From NCBI RefSeq assembly GCF_009914755.1, contig NC_060926.1: a stretch of 64,000 bases of DNA. One strand, given 5' to 3'. This stretch comes from the human T2T-CHM13v2.0 reference genome, Homo sapiens. This document shows positions 1 to 14,528 of this stretch, in pieces. Position 1 is the stretch's first letter, and each line of letters begins with the position of its first letter. A model generated the notes under the pieces. That model saw only the letters and a program-made list of their open reading frames with translations, was not told the origin of the DNA and made no database searches. A program made the translations under genes and the position numbers.

Positions 1-334
1 TGTCTAGCACTTCTTAGTACCAGAAGGCTGTGATGAGCCTTGGAGGCAAAATACAAGTGTTAGGTAAGCTTTGTTTAGACATGAGTTACAGTGCTATTGT
101 CTGTGATTTCAATGTTGTTGAACCAATAATATATAAAATAAACATGGTGTCTTTAAACAGAAACACACATAAAACAAGGTTATATATTGATCTGTTGACA
201 AAAATCTTGTGATGAGAGGTTCACAGGAACCTAACTTGTATTTCCTCTAGGAGGAATGGTTCAGTATTTGCTAATTCAACGTTTACGGTTACTTAATGGA
301 ACATTCACTACCGAGAAAAATGAGAAGTGATTGC
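1..334. mobile_element. MER82-like Tigger DNA transposon relic (cut by window start)
   Basis: gtctttaaacagaaacacacataaaacaaggtt...ggttcagtatttgctaattca resembles recalled MER82 consensus. Confidence 0.7.
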
Positions 335-479
335 ATATAACATGCATTTTGTTTTGTTTTTAATTTTTTTCTTTTTATCTTCAGATGAGCATCATGATCT
401 AGAAATTTTATATACATATAAGATACATATAAACAAAACAGAACAATCATATACAAGTTTAACAAAATAAATAACAGTT

Positions 480-690
480 AACATTTACCGAAGACTTCCT
501 CTGGGCTGAAATTCAAAGTATTTCACATGTTATTTTATTTTGTTAGCTCCTTTAGGTTCTACTATTTCTCCCCCTATACAGTTGAGGAAACTGAGGCCTA
601 GAATCTCATGTAAATTACATCACTCGTGAGGGGTTGATACCAGAGCAGTCTGATACCATGGTCCTCCACCCTTAAGCAACAGTTCTGCCT
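480..690 (-). mobile_element. MIR fragment
   Basis: acagttgaggaaactgaggc core motif. Confidence 0.6.
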
Positions 691-714
691 CTTAAAATTG
701 TTTTATTGATTTAA

Positions 715-1086
715 TCAGCCAAGTAATCAATCAAACAAGCAATGCCAGGTATCATGGTAGGAGCTGCTGACACAGCTGTGAGCATAATGGTCCTGGCTCT
801 TGTGGGGCTAGTAAGTGAGGATACAGAAAAGTAAATGCCCATTTTAAATAATAAGATCAAAACAGGAAATATGGGTTGCCACGCAAGCTCATAACAGAGG
901 CACCTAATCAAACTAAGGGTGTTAGGGAATGAATCCTGGAGGAAGTAATATCTAACCTGAACTCTTCGGGCTCTAGGGGAACTTGCCAGTTAAACGGGTA
1001 AAGGAGTAGACTTCTAGGCAGGGAAAATCACATATTTAAAGGTCTAGGGGCAACTCAAATCTAGTTCAAAGGAATAGAAGAAACTC

Positions 1087-1143
<57 letters not shown>

Positions 1144-1280
1144 CAGGAAAATTTTTAAAATGAACCTGAACCTAGGTAGTCAGGGGACATATTGCAAACG
1201 GCTTTGTAAATCATGTTAGGAATTTTGGATTTGTGCTAAGAGTAATGAGGAGGTACCAGTAGGTTTTAAGTGGGGAAGAA
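715..1280 (-). mobile_element. L2 fragment
   Basis: Degenerate L2 3' motifs (tgccaggtatcatggtagg; ggctttgtaaatcatgttaggaattttggattt). Confidence 0.55.
1089..1140. repeat. (GT)26 microsatellite
   Basis: Direct read. Confidence 0.98.
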
Positions 1281-1665
1281 TTATATGTGTATAGTATTGT
1301 GCTTTGCTTTCTGATGGCTCTTGGGGCATTTTTCTAAAAATGATGAATTTCTAACCTTAACGATTACATTGTGTTTAGCATAAACTTTATCATGGACTAT
1401 GTACCTGAAAATAACTTGCTGGATTAACTGGCATTTTTCATTCCTTTGTAAAACACACAGACAAACATTTAGGGCAAATGTAGTTATCAGCTTACATCTT
1501 CCTGAATGTCTGCCTATGTTTACTCCTGTCATTTGGTTGTGCCTGTGCCAAAAGTCAGTTATATTTTTCACAAACTTTTTCTTTTTTGCCAGTTATATGT
1601 GTGATAAGGAATATATACAATATGGATTTGAGATAAGTAAATTTTTCCTATTAAAACTAAGTTTA

Positions 1666-1970
<305 letters not shown>

Positions 1971-3069
1971 TAAGTTTAATACTAAGGATATGAGAAAATT
2001 CTACAAGCTTGGGAAAAAAATTGAACATAGAATGACTTGGCACTCTAATTGTGTGGCAAGGGTCTTTGAGAACTTCCACTTAAACTAAACCTGCAAATCA
2101 TAGTGGTATATCATAACTGTGGTTTATGACTTCAAACTCTAGGATGTGGTTGAAATTCTTGGCCCTACATCAAAAGATTTGTGAACAAATATATATTTAT
2201 TTATTCTAGGGTAAAATATGTGGCTTAAGATATATTTAGGATGTATTGACTTTGGTCTTTTGATGAACTTTTTTCATTTGCCAAGTACTATCCCCAATTG
2301 AATCGGATAATATGGCTTTTTTATATTGCACAGAAATTAAGCATGAACTACACGAATAATGAAGCACTTAAAAACTATTTAAATACTCTTGATTGACAAC
2401 ACTTATCTCTTAAAACAGTCCATAGTATTGAAAGATTTGAGGTCCACCCTCTACCAGGGTCCATGACCCAGTGGCTTTGCCTCCAGAAGGTCTGCTTCTA
2501 CTATATTAAAAATAACTTGGCTACCCCAAGGCAGGATGACAGAAATCCTGGCTGCATTCCTTTCCTTCTGATCCACCAGTCAGGTTTTTGGAGCCATTTC
2601 CATTTTCTCCTTTCTTCTCTCCAGGAGCAGAGGTAACTTGGAAGAGATTGCCATAAAAACAGCTTGATGAAACTAATGGAAACTTGCTGCCTTCAGCTCT
2701 GGAGCCCCCTCCCCCAATGGCTCCTGCCTCACACAGACCAGGGAAAGAAAGTCCTGATGGAAGAATGATGTTTAGTGTGAGGGGCCTCACTTTAGTATCT
2801 ATTTTCCCCAAAATTATGTGGTCCACATACCTTATTTTTGTTTTAAAATCACTAAAAAAGCAATACAAACTCATAGCAGAAGTCTCAAACGGTGCAGAAA
2901 GGTAAAGTCACACACTGTAAATGTAGCCTCTGGCAAGACATGGAGCCTCTCTGATCTCCAGTGTTTCCATTTGCTAAATAGGATAATGAGAGCTAATTTG
3001 TAGAGATGCTCTGAAGATATAATGAGATAATAGATGCAAAATACCTACTGTTATTTTATTTATGGTTAT

Positions 3070-3471
3070 TGTGTCAGTCCATTTGCATTGCAGTAAACTT
3101 CGGGTGACATAAAGAAAAGCGGTTTACTTTAGGTCAGTTCTGCTGGCTGTACAACGCAAGTGTGGTGCTGGCATCTGCTCTGGTGAGACCTTAGAAAGCT
3201 TACAATCATGGTGGATGGTGAAAGGGAGACAGCGTGTCACATGACAGGAGAGGGAGCAAGCGAGAGAGAGAAGGGAGTTGCCACACTTTTAAACAACCAG
3301 ATCTCTTGTGAGCTCAGAGCAAGAATTCAGTCATTACCATGAAGAGGGCACCAAGCCATTCATGAGGGATTCTCCTCTATGAACCAAAGACCTTCCACTA
3401 GGCCCCACCTCCAACATTGGAGGTCACATTTCAATATGAGATTTGGAAAGGACAAAACATCTAAACCATTA
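3070..3471 (-). mobile_element. MST-family (ERVL-MaLR) solo LTR
   Basis: gcttacaatcatggtggatggtgaaaggg...ccccacctccaacattggaggtcacatttcaatatgagatttgg. Confidence 0.85.
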
Positions 3472-4280
3472 GTTATATATACACTATTTTCATTTGCTTA
3501 ACCAAAAAATACTTTTCCAGTACTGAGAAGTTTGTTGTTTTCCAGCATATTGAAAACACTGGGAGGGACAAGGTAAGAATGATAAGGGTGGAAAAGGACA
3601 ATGAACTACAATGGTAAATGGGGTGATGTCACAGCAGGTGACATTTATATTGCACTATGAGATGTCCCACAGTTACTCCAAATACAAAGAGACCACAACT
3701 GAACAAGGCAGGGCTCATTACTCTAGGCCAGTTAATGTTGATAAGGTCATAAGCAGCCACCTAAGATCTCAATTTGTCAATTTAGGTGTCACACTAGGCA
3801 TATCTCCTCCTCTTCCAATTAACCGTATCTGTTTATTGTAGTCTTATATACTGTGTCTCCTACTCTTTTCTTCTCCTTTTCAGTTTCAATGACCTTTGGC
3901 ATCTCCTATGGGTTTTGGCAAACACCTCTAAACTGGCATCTTCTCTTCCAATTTATCCCCCTTTAATCCATCTGCCATACTGAGAGCAAAGTGATCCTCC
4001 TAAAATGCACAACTGGTAGCAAGTTTCTTCCCTGATTAATTTCTTTCATTATCATCTACTGTGTGAATTTCAATTTCTGTATACAGCATCTAAGTTTATT
4101 ACAGAAGTTAACAAATGTGAAGTACTTGAGCACACAGTAAGTACTATAGAAATGCTTGTTATTATTATTTTTTTAATGACCTGGTCTCCACTCTCCTTTT
4201 CAATCTAAAACACTGTCATTCCTCCATTAGAATAATTGCTCACACTTTTGCAAGCCCACTGTGCTTACACACATCTGGGC

Positions 4281-4282
<2 letters not shown>

Positions 4283-4321
<39 letters not shown>
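4283..4321. repeat. (CA)19 microsatellite
   Basis: Direct read. Confidence 0.97.
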
Positions 4322-4324
<3 letters not shown>

Positions 4325-5305
4325 TCCACGTTCCTGATTTCTCCTGTGTGGAAGTCTTACTCTTTTTTATATTCTACCTCTCCTGGTGTTTCATAGCCCC
4401 TACATACACAAGATATTTTCTTCCAATTCTGAGACCTCTGGACTTGTATTGCTTTTCTGTTTGTAGCCACCACATTGGGTTCTAATTTGTTCCTGTGTTC
4501 CTCTCCCCTAATAGATGTTGAGCTCCTGGAATGCAGGGATTGTATTTTACTTATTCCAAGCACCTGAAGAAATGCTGGCACATGGTAAGCAACTAGTATT
4601 TAGTAAGATTTTTTTGAACAAATGAAAAGGATAGGCTAGAATTAGATAAAATGTAATTAAGAATATTTAATGATATGGAAAGAAATTCCCAGTAGGGCAG
4701 AGAAAAGAAGTTTAGTCAAAATCTGGCGCGCTGCAGTTTAACTTCTAGCTAAGCAATGATGGCGGTGATGCAGCAAAGCCTATTTGTTTGAGATCCTGGC
4801 TTTTTGATCCGTTGGTGCCACCCACGCTATGTGCTGGATGGGGGTAATCAATATACCACCTTCTCTGCTACTTTGGGCTCAGGTGGAAGGAATTTTATTC
4901 CACTCTCTGCAAATCTTCCCGGTGCCTCAGTGGGAAGTGGACGCTGTGAGGGTCTACCAGCTCCCAGAAGGCCTCCCCTTTCTGTTTCCCCTAGGGCCCT
5001 CCACCCGGGCTGCAGCCCCAGCATCGCGTCCTCTCGGAGCAGCCTGGCCCCAGGTGGCTGCGGGGCGCGGGACCGCGGGCCCCGGCTCGCCCCTCCCCGC
5101 GCGTCACATGCGCGAGGATGCGAACTCCCCTTCCCTCCTCCTCCGCCCCCTCCGCCTCCCGGGCCTCTTCCTCCTGCCGGTGAGGGAGTGCTTGGCAGAT
5201 TGCGCGAGGGGGAGCGAGCGAGCGGGCGCTGCCAGGAGCCCGCAGCCCTGGCGCCCGCCGCCGCCCGGAGCCCCGCAATATGCCGCCGCGGCCCTCTGGC
5301 TCTAG

Positions 5306-5599
<294 letters not shown>

Positions 5600-5883
5600 T
5601 AGGGCCTCGCCGGCTTCCTCGCCCCTTCCCTATCCATTCCTATCCTCGTTCGTTCCTGTCACCATCCCTCCCGATCTCTCTCCCCAGACTGGCTGCCCAG
5701 CCTTTGGTCCCTTGATCTGGTGTCGGGAATCTGCCCTCCGGGTAATGAGCTTTCTGAGCAGCTCAGAGCACTGCGGTGGGTTGGAGAGGGGTCGGGAAGG
5801 CTGGGGGTGGGTGACTGCCTGGATTGATCTTTTTCTTTTCCCTCCCTTCTTCCTGAATTCTACCCTCTGCCCTGGGAATGACT

Positions 5884-5886
<3 letters not shown>

Positions 5887-5922
<36 letters not shown>
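5887..5922. repeat. (AC)18 microsatellite
   Basis: Direct read. Confidence 0.97.
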
Positions 5923-5923
<1 letters not shown>

Positions 5924-7514
5924 GTTCTTAAATCCCTTAAACATTTTGTTCTCTATCCTTTTCTCTCCTAGAGACTGAGAAATCTTGCCATGGACACCCA
6001 CACACCCCTTTTCACCATTTCTCCATGCCTGCTATATTTAAATTTAGCCATGAAGAGAGAAATCTTTATATATTTTATTATTTATTTCTCTTTCTCTTTA
6101 CCCCAGGAAGGGTTTAAGGGTTCATCTTATTGCAAAGAACTCTTTTAGTACAATAAGATGAAGCAAAACAAAACAGGAGTTTGTAATTGAAGGAAAGGGA
6201 AAAGGAGAGGGGGACACATAAGGTGAAGTCTGGAGTGGTGTTAGAACAGCAAAAGCCTATCCCTAGAGAGAGAAATCTCCTTACTTGTTAGTAGAACTTA
6301 AATGAGGCAGATTCTTGACACTGTTCAGTGAAGGTGTAGAAATACGGCTGTAGTATAGGTGGCTGTAACAGTTCCGCAGTTCCTCCCTCTTTCCCCCCAT
6401 TAAAGCTCCATCGGTAAGCAAATAGCTAGATTATCCATGTATATTGCATCTCCCTACCCCGCAACCCACTTCGCTTCATGGCTGTAGATTCTTGTCTGCT
6501 ATTTGGAAAGAAAAAAAGCCTCCAATTTTCTGGCACGAGGGCTTAGGTTTTGTGAAACCAAAGTGAATTTTATTATGACGTTTGTTTTTGTTTTAAAATC
6601 CTGCCTGGTAACACTATATGAGTGCTGAAAATGAGATTTGAAAGAGTGGAATCAGCATCACATTTTGTATTGCTTGCTCATCGTCAAAAAGCAGTACACA
6701 GGCATGCCAGCTGCGATTCATGACACAGCCAGGATGATTTAATTTATCAGAGTGCTCTGAGCATAGGATGAAATCACCAAAGTGTGCAGGAAAGCATGTG
6801 TTTCTGACACCCTCTTAAACCAATTAATAACACTCAAGTGTGGCTAAAAGTCTTGAAAGGTATACAGTGTATGGTGGTTTTCCTACCCAGCTTTTAATAA
6901 CTGAAAGTGATAATATGGTTTGGGTGAGGCTGCTGTTAGACATACTGTTCGCTAAAGTTAAGGAAATTGGATATATCAGATTGATTGGCCTCATTAATAG
7001 AGATATTTCATAAATTCACTATGAAGCCGAAGTCTGGGAGAGTGTTGGTGGGTTTTATGGTTTGCAGTATATTTTTATTTCAATGGACCTTTCAGGAATA
7101 TTAAATGAATTTTGACTACTGTAATATATATATATGTTGTGATTAGGGTTATGAACTACTGCAATAATATGAAACCTGAATCCAGCATGCAAATTAAAAT
7201 GTTTGCTTTCTGATATTTGTGAGGGAATATTCTGAAAAAGCTGATTGTCTGGGAAATTAGCAGTTTTTGTTTTATTTACCTATTAGATTGAGATAAAGGA
7301 ACCACACTCTTCGATAGATCAAACTAGAACCTGAGAAGTAACCTATGATGATTCTTCTTCCTCAAAAACTCTAATTACCCAAGCCAGTGGCAAACAAGGG
7401 AGTAATTCAATTGATTGCTGTTTTAGTTATTGGAATATTGAGTCTTATAATGCAACACAGCTTATAGACAAATGAAGTTAAAATATTCCTTTGAATGCAT
7501 TGTGATCTCTCCAT

Positions 7515-8180
7515 TGAACTGGTCTTCCTGTTTCAACCTTTGTTTCCCTACTGTCTGTTCTCCTCACACAGCTAGCGATCTTTAAAAAAAAAAAAAAAAC
7601 ATTAAATAGGATCATTTCTGCCCACACTCCTCCAATGGCTTCCCGTCTCTCTCATACTAGATGCCCAGATCGTGAAAATGGCCTACCAAGGTCTAGATCC
7701 TTTGTATCCTCCTTTTCCTCCCGTCTCCTTTAGCCCTTACCCTAACTCTCTCCACTGTAGCCACACTAGCTCTATTTTCTTTAGCTTGCAAGTGGACCCA
7801 AGTGTTTGGCCTTTGCACTTGCCATTTTCTCTGCCTGGAATTCTGGAACTTCACATTTTTCAGGTTTGCTCAAGTGTCTCAGTAACTGACAGACCTTTTC
7901 CTGACCAGGTGTTTAAAATAGTAATCTGCACATCCTTTTTGCTCTTACCCAGATTCATTCTCCTCCATGGTACTCATTATTCTCAGCTGTTCTAATAAGC
8001 CTGTTTTCCCTTGATAGAACATAAGCTCTGTGAAAACATGGACTTTGTTTTGTTCACTGCTATATTTCTAGTATCTCGAAGAGCACCTGGTTGGTACCCA
8101 TAGACATTCAACCATTTGTTGAATGGATGGATGGATGGATGGATGGATGGATGGATGGATGGATGAATGAATGAATGAAT
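7515..8180 (+). mobile_element. L2 3' end terminating in (GGAT)10(GAAT)4
   Basis: ggcctttgcacttgcc, tagaacataagctctgtga, ttgttcactgctatatt, tttgttgaat; tetranucleotide repeat 8125-8180. Confidence 0.8.
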
Positions 8181-8412
8181 TCACTTTCTCAGCATTTGTT
8201 CATCTTCATTGGATAAATTCTCCATTGGAGTTTAGCAGGGGATTTATAAAGATAAACGTTATGTAGGAAAGTTTGTAAGTAGAAGTTATAAAGTATGTAA
8301 ATTTTGGATCTTTAATTTTAGTTAATTTCAGTGTTTATCTTATGCTGACTACAGAAAACTGATTGATACCTATACTTGGGCCTACTTATTGGGTTTTGTG
8401 AAGAATTTGGGG

Positions 8413-8663
8413 TTTTTTTTGAGACAGGGTTGAGTGCAGTGGCGTGATCATGGCTCAAGTCAGTCTCAACCTCCTGGGCACAGCCTCCTGAATAGCTGAA
8501 CTACAGATGCGTGCCACTGGGCCCAGCTAATTTTTAATTTTTTTCTTTTTGTAGAGATAGGGTCCTGCTTTGTTGCTCAGGCTAGCCTCAAACTCTGGAA
8601 CTCTGGGCTCAAGCAATCCTCCCATCTCAGCCTCCCAAAATGTTGGTTTACAAGCATGAACCA
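8413..8663 (-). mobile_element. AluJ with internal deletions
   Basis: gagtgcagtggcgtgatcatggctca...ctgggctcaagcaatcctcccatctcagcctccc. Confidence 0.88.
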
Positions 8664-9629
8664 TAATTCTTTACCTGAGTATACTTAATCTTCTTATGAC
8701 CTAGGAGGATTTTAACATATATACCTTTAAATAGCTGTGATTGAGCTTGCATTCATTCTTTACCGCTGTATGATGCTTCTGATTCTTTGGACATGCCACA
8801 TGAAAAACTGTAGGACTTTTCTCAGGCAAAATTTAGAAAACAAATATGACACATTCAATGACTGATATATGACTAAGCCTTATCAGTCCATAGTAGAGAA
8901 ACTCACCATTGCCTTTGCTTAGTATTCTCTGGATTTTATTATTCTAAAAATTTATGTCTCTTTGTATTGCTGAGAAACAAGAAAGCAAGATTAAAAAAAA
9001 ACTTGAATGTGAACATTTTTTAAAAATCAGGATTTAAAAAAGTACATTTCCATTTTCTCATTAACTTATAAAAACTCCATCTTCAGAGAGCAGTGAAAAT
9101 AAAGACTAAGGTTGGTATCCATCAAATCAATTGTTTTCTCCAGTGTATACAACAGCTCTTATTTCTCCATCTGTACCAGTATTTGTTAGAAATATTTGAG
9201 GGTCCTGAGAAGAATTAATCTGGGAGCTAGTGGTAGTTGGGACAACCATATTATATTAATTCTGATGGCCCATTAGATGGGAGGCATGCTGGGGTTGGGG
9301 GAGAGAGGAGCTGGAGAAAAATAATGAGCTCCATTTAAAATTCTCCATGTGAAGCAGAGACACAGGGGATCTCCAGGGATCATAGAAATGTCTTTTCAGT
9401 ACAGAGAAAGCTTCTTGAGAGGTATATTTTCATGGTGTGAAAATTTTTGATTGCATATTTCAGTGATATCTATTTTTAAACTTTTTATTTCGCAAGATGT
9501 TAAATATATAGAAAGTAAACAGGATAGTGTAATAAAAGCCTATACCTGTCACCTAGCTTTAACAATGGTCAAAATTCTGCCATTGTTTTTTCACCCATAC
9601 TTCTACCTGTTTCCACTACGTGGGATTTG

Positions 9630-11352
9630 TTTTTAATTTTTAATTTTTATGGGAACACAGTAGGTGTATATATTTATGGGCTACATGAGATATTTTGATA
9701 CAGGCATAAAATGTATAATTATCACATCAGGGTAAACATTTATCATTTGTGTTACAAACATTCCAGTTATACTTTCAGTTATGTTAAAATGTACAATAAG
9801 TTATTGTTTACTATATTTACCCTGTTGTGCTATCAAGTAGTAGATCTTATTCGTTCTACCTGACTATATTTTTATACTCATTGACCATCCCCACTTCTTC
9901 CCCACTCCCAATACCCTTCCCAGACTCTGGTAACCATCATTCTAATCTCTATCTCCGTGAGTTTAATGGTTTTACATTTTAGTTCCCACAAATGAGTGAG
10001 AATATGCAAAGTTTGTCTGTGCCTGGCTTATTTTACTTAATGTCCTCCTGTTCCATTCATGTTGTTGCAAATGAGAGGATCTGATCCTTGTTAATGGTTG
10101 AATAGTACTCCATTGTGTATATGTATCACATTTGCTTTATCCACTATCTGTTAATGGACACTTAGGTTGCTTCCAAATATTGGCGATTGTGAATAGTGCT
10201 GCAATAAACATGGCAGTACAGATATCCCTTCAATATACTGATTTACTTTCTTTTGGGTATATACCTAACAGCTGTATTGCTGGATCATATGGTACCTCTA
10301 TTTTTAGTTTTTTGAGGAACCTCCTACTGTTCTCCATAGTGGTTGTACTAATTTACATTCCCACCAGTGGTGTACAAGGGTTTCTTTTTCTCCACATCCT
10401 CATCAGCATTTCTTATTGCCTGTCTTTGGATAAAAGCCATTTTAACTGGGATGAGATGAGATCTCATTGTAGTTTTGATTTGCATTTCTCTGATGATCAG
10501 TGATGTTGAGACCTTTTCATATACCTGTTTGCCATTTGTGTGTTTTCTTTTGAGAAATATCTATGCAGATCTTTTGCCTACTTTTAAATAGGATTATTGG
10601 GTTTTTTTGCCTATTGAATTGTTTGAGTTCCTTATATATTCTGGTTATTAATCCCTTGTCAGATGGATAGTTGGCAGATACTTTCTCCCATTCTATGGGT
10701 TATCTCTTCACTTTGTTGATTGTTTCCTTTGCTCTGCAGATGCTTTTGATGTGATCCCATTTAACCATTTTTGCTTTGGTTGCCTGTGCTTGTAGGGTAT
10801 TACTCAATAAATCTTTGTGCAGACCAATGTCCTGGAAAATTTCCCCAGTGTTTTTTTGTGGTAGTTTCATAGTTTGAGGTCTTAGATTTAAATCTTTAAT
10901 CCATTTTGATTTGATTTTTGTATATGGTGAGGGATAGGGGTCTAGTTTTATTCTTCTGCATAAGGATATCCAGTTTTCCCAGCACTATTTATTGAATAGA
11001 CTGTCCTTCCCCTAATGTATGTTCTTGGCAACTTGGTTGAAAATGAGTTCACTGTAGATGAATAGATTTATTTTTGGGTTCTCTATTCTGTTCCATTGGT
11101 CTCTTTGTCTGTTTTTATGCCAGTTACAATGCTGTTTTGGTTACTATGGCTCTGCAGTATAATGTCAAGTCAGGTAATTTGATTTCTCCAATTTTGTTGT
11201 TTTTTTTTTAGCTCAGGGTGGCTTTGGCTATTTGGAGCCTTTTGTGGTTCCATGTAAATTTTAGGTTATTTTTTTCTATTTCTGTGAAGTATGCCATTGG
11301 TATTTTGATAGAGATTCCATTGAATCTGTAAACTGCTTCGGGTAGTATGGAC
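9630..11352 (-). mobile_element. 5'-truncated L1 (L1MA-type 3'UTR plus ORF2 end)
   Basis: gtaggtgtatatatttatggg...ggacacttaggttgcttccaaat...ttgaatctgtaaactgcttcgggtagtatgg, typical antisense L1. Confidence 0.92.
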
Positions 11353-11379
11353 TGAGTTTTGTTTTTTTTTTCTTAATAG

Positions 11380-11900
11380 GTCCTTTTAGAGGTAAAATGT
11401 ACATATGTGAAATGTACATATTTTAGTGTACACTCTTGACAAATAGATATACCCATATAAACATCACCCTATTGAGATATAGATGTTTATATCACCTTAG
11501 AAAGTTTCTTCATAGCCCCTTCCCAGGCAATTCCTGTCCCTCACCTGGAGACATCTGATGTGTTGATTTCATTTTCATCATAGATTAATTTTGCATTTTA
11601 TAGAACTTCACAAAATGGAATCCATGGCGTGTGTCCAGCTTCTTCAGCTTAGTATAATTTCCACAGATTTTATTCATTTTGTAGCACATTTAGTAGTTTA
11701 TTCCTTTTTATTGCTGAATAAATTGTATGAATTACCACAGATCAGTTTATTGATTCTTCTGTTGAGGGGTATTTGGGTTGTTTCCAGTTTTAGCTATTCT
11801 GAATGAAGCTGCTATATTCTTATACAAATCTTTGTGTGAATATGTTTTCATATCTGTTGGATAAATGCCTAGGAGTGGAATTGCTTGGCCAACTGATACA
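11380..11900 (-). mobile_element. Old L1M 3' fragment
   Basis: atttgggttgtttccagtttttagctatt...aaatgcctaggagtggaattgct. Confidence 0.7.
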
Positions 11901-12046
11901 CTTTTGCGGTGAAAAATGTTTTTGTTCCCCAATATTCTATGTAGCAGGAACTTACCTCTCTTAAGATGATTACTTTAAAAATAATGAAATTTAATGTGTA
12001 GTATTACTGTATACTTTTTCTTAAAATAATTTAAACTTCTCTTTAA

Positions 12047-12342
<296 letters not shown>

Positions 12343-13205
12343 TAACTTTATTTTTAAATTGTACATATTATATTATAACAACATGATATTTTAATAGGCT
12401 TATACATAGTGAAATAGTTAACTATAGTCAAACAAATTAACATATCCATCCTCTTATGTAGTTACCTTTTTTGGTGTGGTAACAACACCAAAACCTACTC
12501 TCACCAAATTTCCAGTATACAGTACAATATTCTAACTATAGTCCTCATGCTGTACCTTAGGTCTTTAGACTTACTCATCTTACATATCTGCTACTTTGTA
12601 CTTTTTGTCCTACATCTCACCATTTTCTCTTGCCCTTTGTAGCCACTTAAATCTCCCATCCATGAAAGCACTTATTTACTTACTTTTTTCTGTTCAAGGA
12701 ATTTGAAAAATCAATAGGAAAAGTGGGATTTGAAATTAACCAAGTAATCATGCCTCAAAGGCCATATTCCCAGATGGGGTAATTATGATTTCTTTCCAGG
12801 ATTTTAATAACCAAAAGGAGTTATTTCTTGGTATTGATAACAGGTTGAAAAACATATGCCATTGTGTTGAATTTGAGTCCAGTTTGTTTTAGTAGCAGTT
12901 TTATAGTGTTCTTAATGTGAGTAAGTAGAAACTGTACCAATTATTTTTCTGAAACAAAGCTCTTCCCCCAAGTATATAAATATTGAACTTGATTCTCTTT
13001 CAATGTTCTGTCTGACTAGGTTAGCTCTGGTATTGTTGTCATTCATTTACTTGGCTTAGTGTAATGTTTCTTAATTTCCTTTTGTCCAAGTTGCCTTAGC
13101 TAGGAAATGGATACACTATTTTGTATGTGCTATTGGTAAAGTTTGCTTTGAAATACTTACCTGGAAGAGTCTAAAACCATGAAAGGTATGTGTGGTCATG
13201 AAATG

Positions 13206-13539
13206 CAGTCCTGCATTATTGAACAACAAGGACATTTTCTGAGAAATGCGTCATTAGGTGATTTTGTCATTCTGTGAACATCATAGAGTGTACTTACACA
13301 AGCCTAAATGGTACAGCTGACTACACGCCTATTCTGTATAGCATAGCCTATCACTCCTAGGCAACAAATCTGTACAGCATGTGACTATACTGAATACTGT
13401 AGGCACTTGTAACACAATTTTAAGTACTTGTGTATCTAAACATAGAAAAGGCAAAGTAAAAATGGTATTATACTCTTATGAGACCACCATTGTCATATAT
13501 GTGGTCTGTTGACCAAAACATTAATTGCTATATAACTGT
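13206..13539 (+). mobile_element. Tigger3a-like DNA transposon
   Basis: ctgagaaatgcgtcattaggtgattttgtcattctgtgaacatcatagagtgtacttacaca; clearly homologous to 49986-51178. Confidence 0.85.
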
Positions 13540-14089
13540 GTGAGCGTAAGAAAACAGCTCTGTTTGCTTTGAAGATTCTGTTTGGAGATGCCTCTTTAAT
13601 TGGCGTTTTGCATCAGCACAATTCACATGTCCAAGACATATCAGATTCTGTGCCATTTAATTTTTTTTCTTTTATGATTGTTCGTGTCACAATGACTAGG
13701 CTGTATTTTTACATACTTGTTAATAATGTCTGTGAATATAAGGCCAGTTTATTTGGGCCTAAAATGAGTGAGTGATTCAGAGTGCCATTTCAGGTAGGGC
13801 AGCGAGTGTCAGGGAAATGGTAATCACTTTCCATCATTATTAATGTGTCAAATATGCCTCAGGGACCTAGTGAACCAGAACTGTAACATGCCTCAGTAAT
13901 GTATTACTCTTCAAACCTTGAGTTAATAATGCCAAAGTTCTCCATATTAAGGTTCTATATCTTACACCAAAAGTAAGATTTAAAATTAATTTCATTTATA
14001 TGTGACATTTCAACTTCTATTTAATATGCTTTTTCTTCCTCAAGCAGATTTCTATATCATCATAATTTAGGGAATAATTTAAAATTTAA

Positions 14090-14528
<439 letters not shown>

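Noticed and set aside
2598-2640. Microexon-like pattern (pyrimidine tract-AG GAGCAGAG GTAAC)
   Set aside because: Upstream of the promoter, 8 nt, with no host transcript evident
10132-10503. 123-aa ORF and other Alu/L1-derived ORFs
   Set aside because: Antisense translations of L1/Alu sequence
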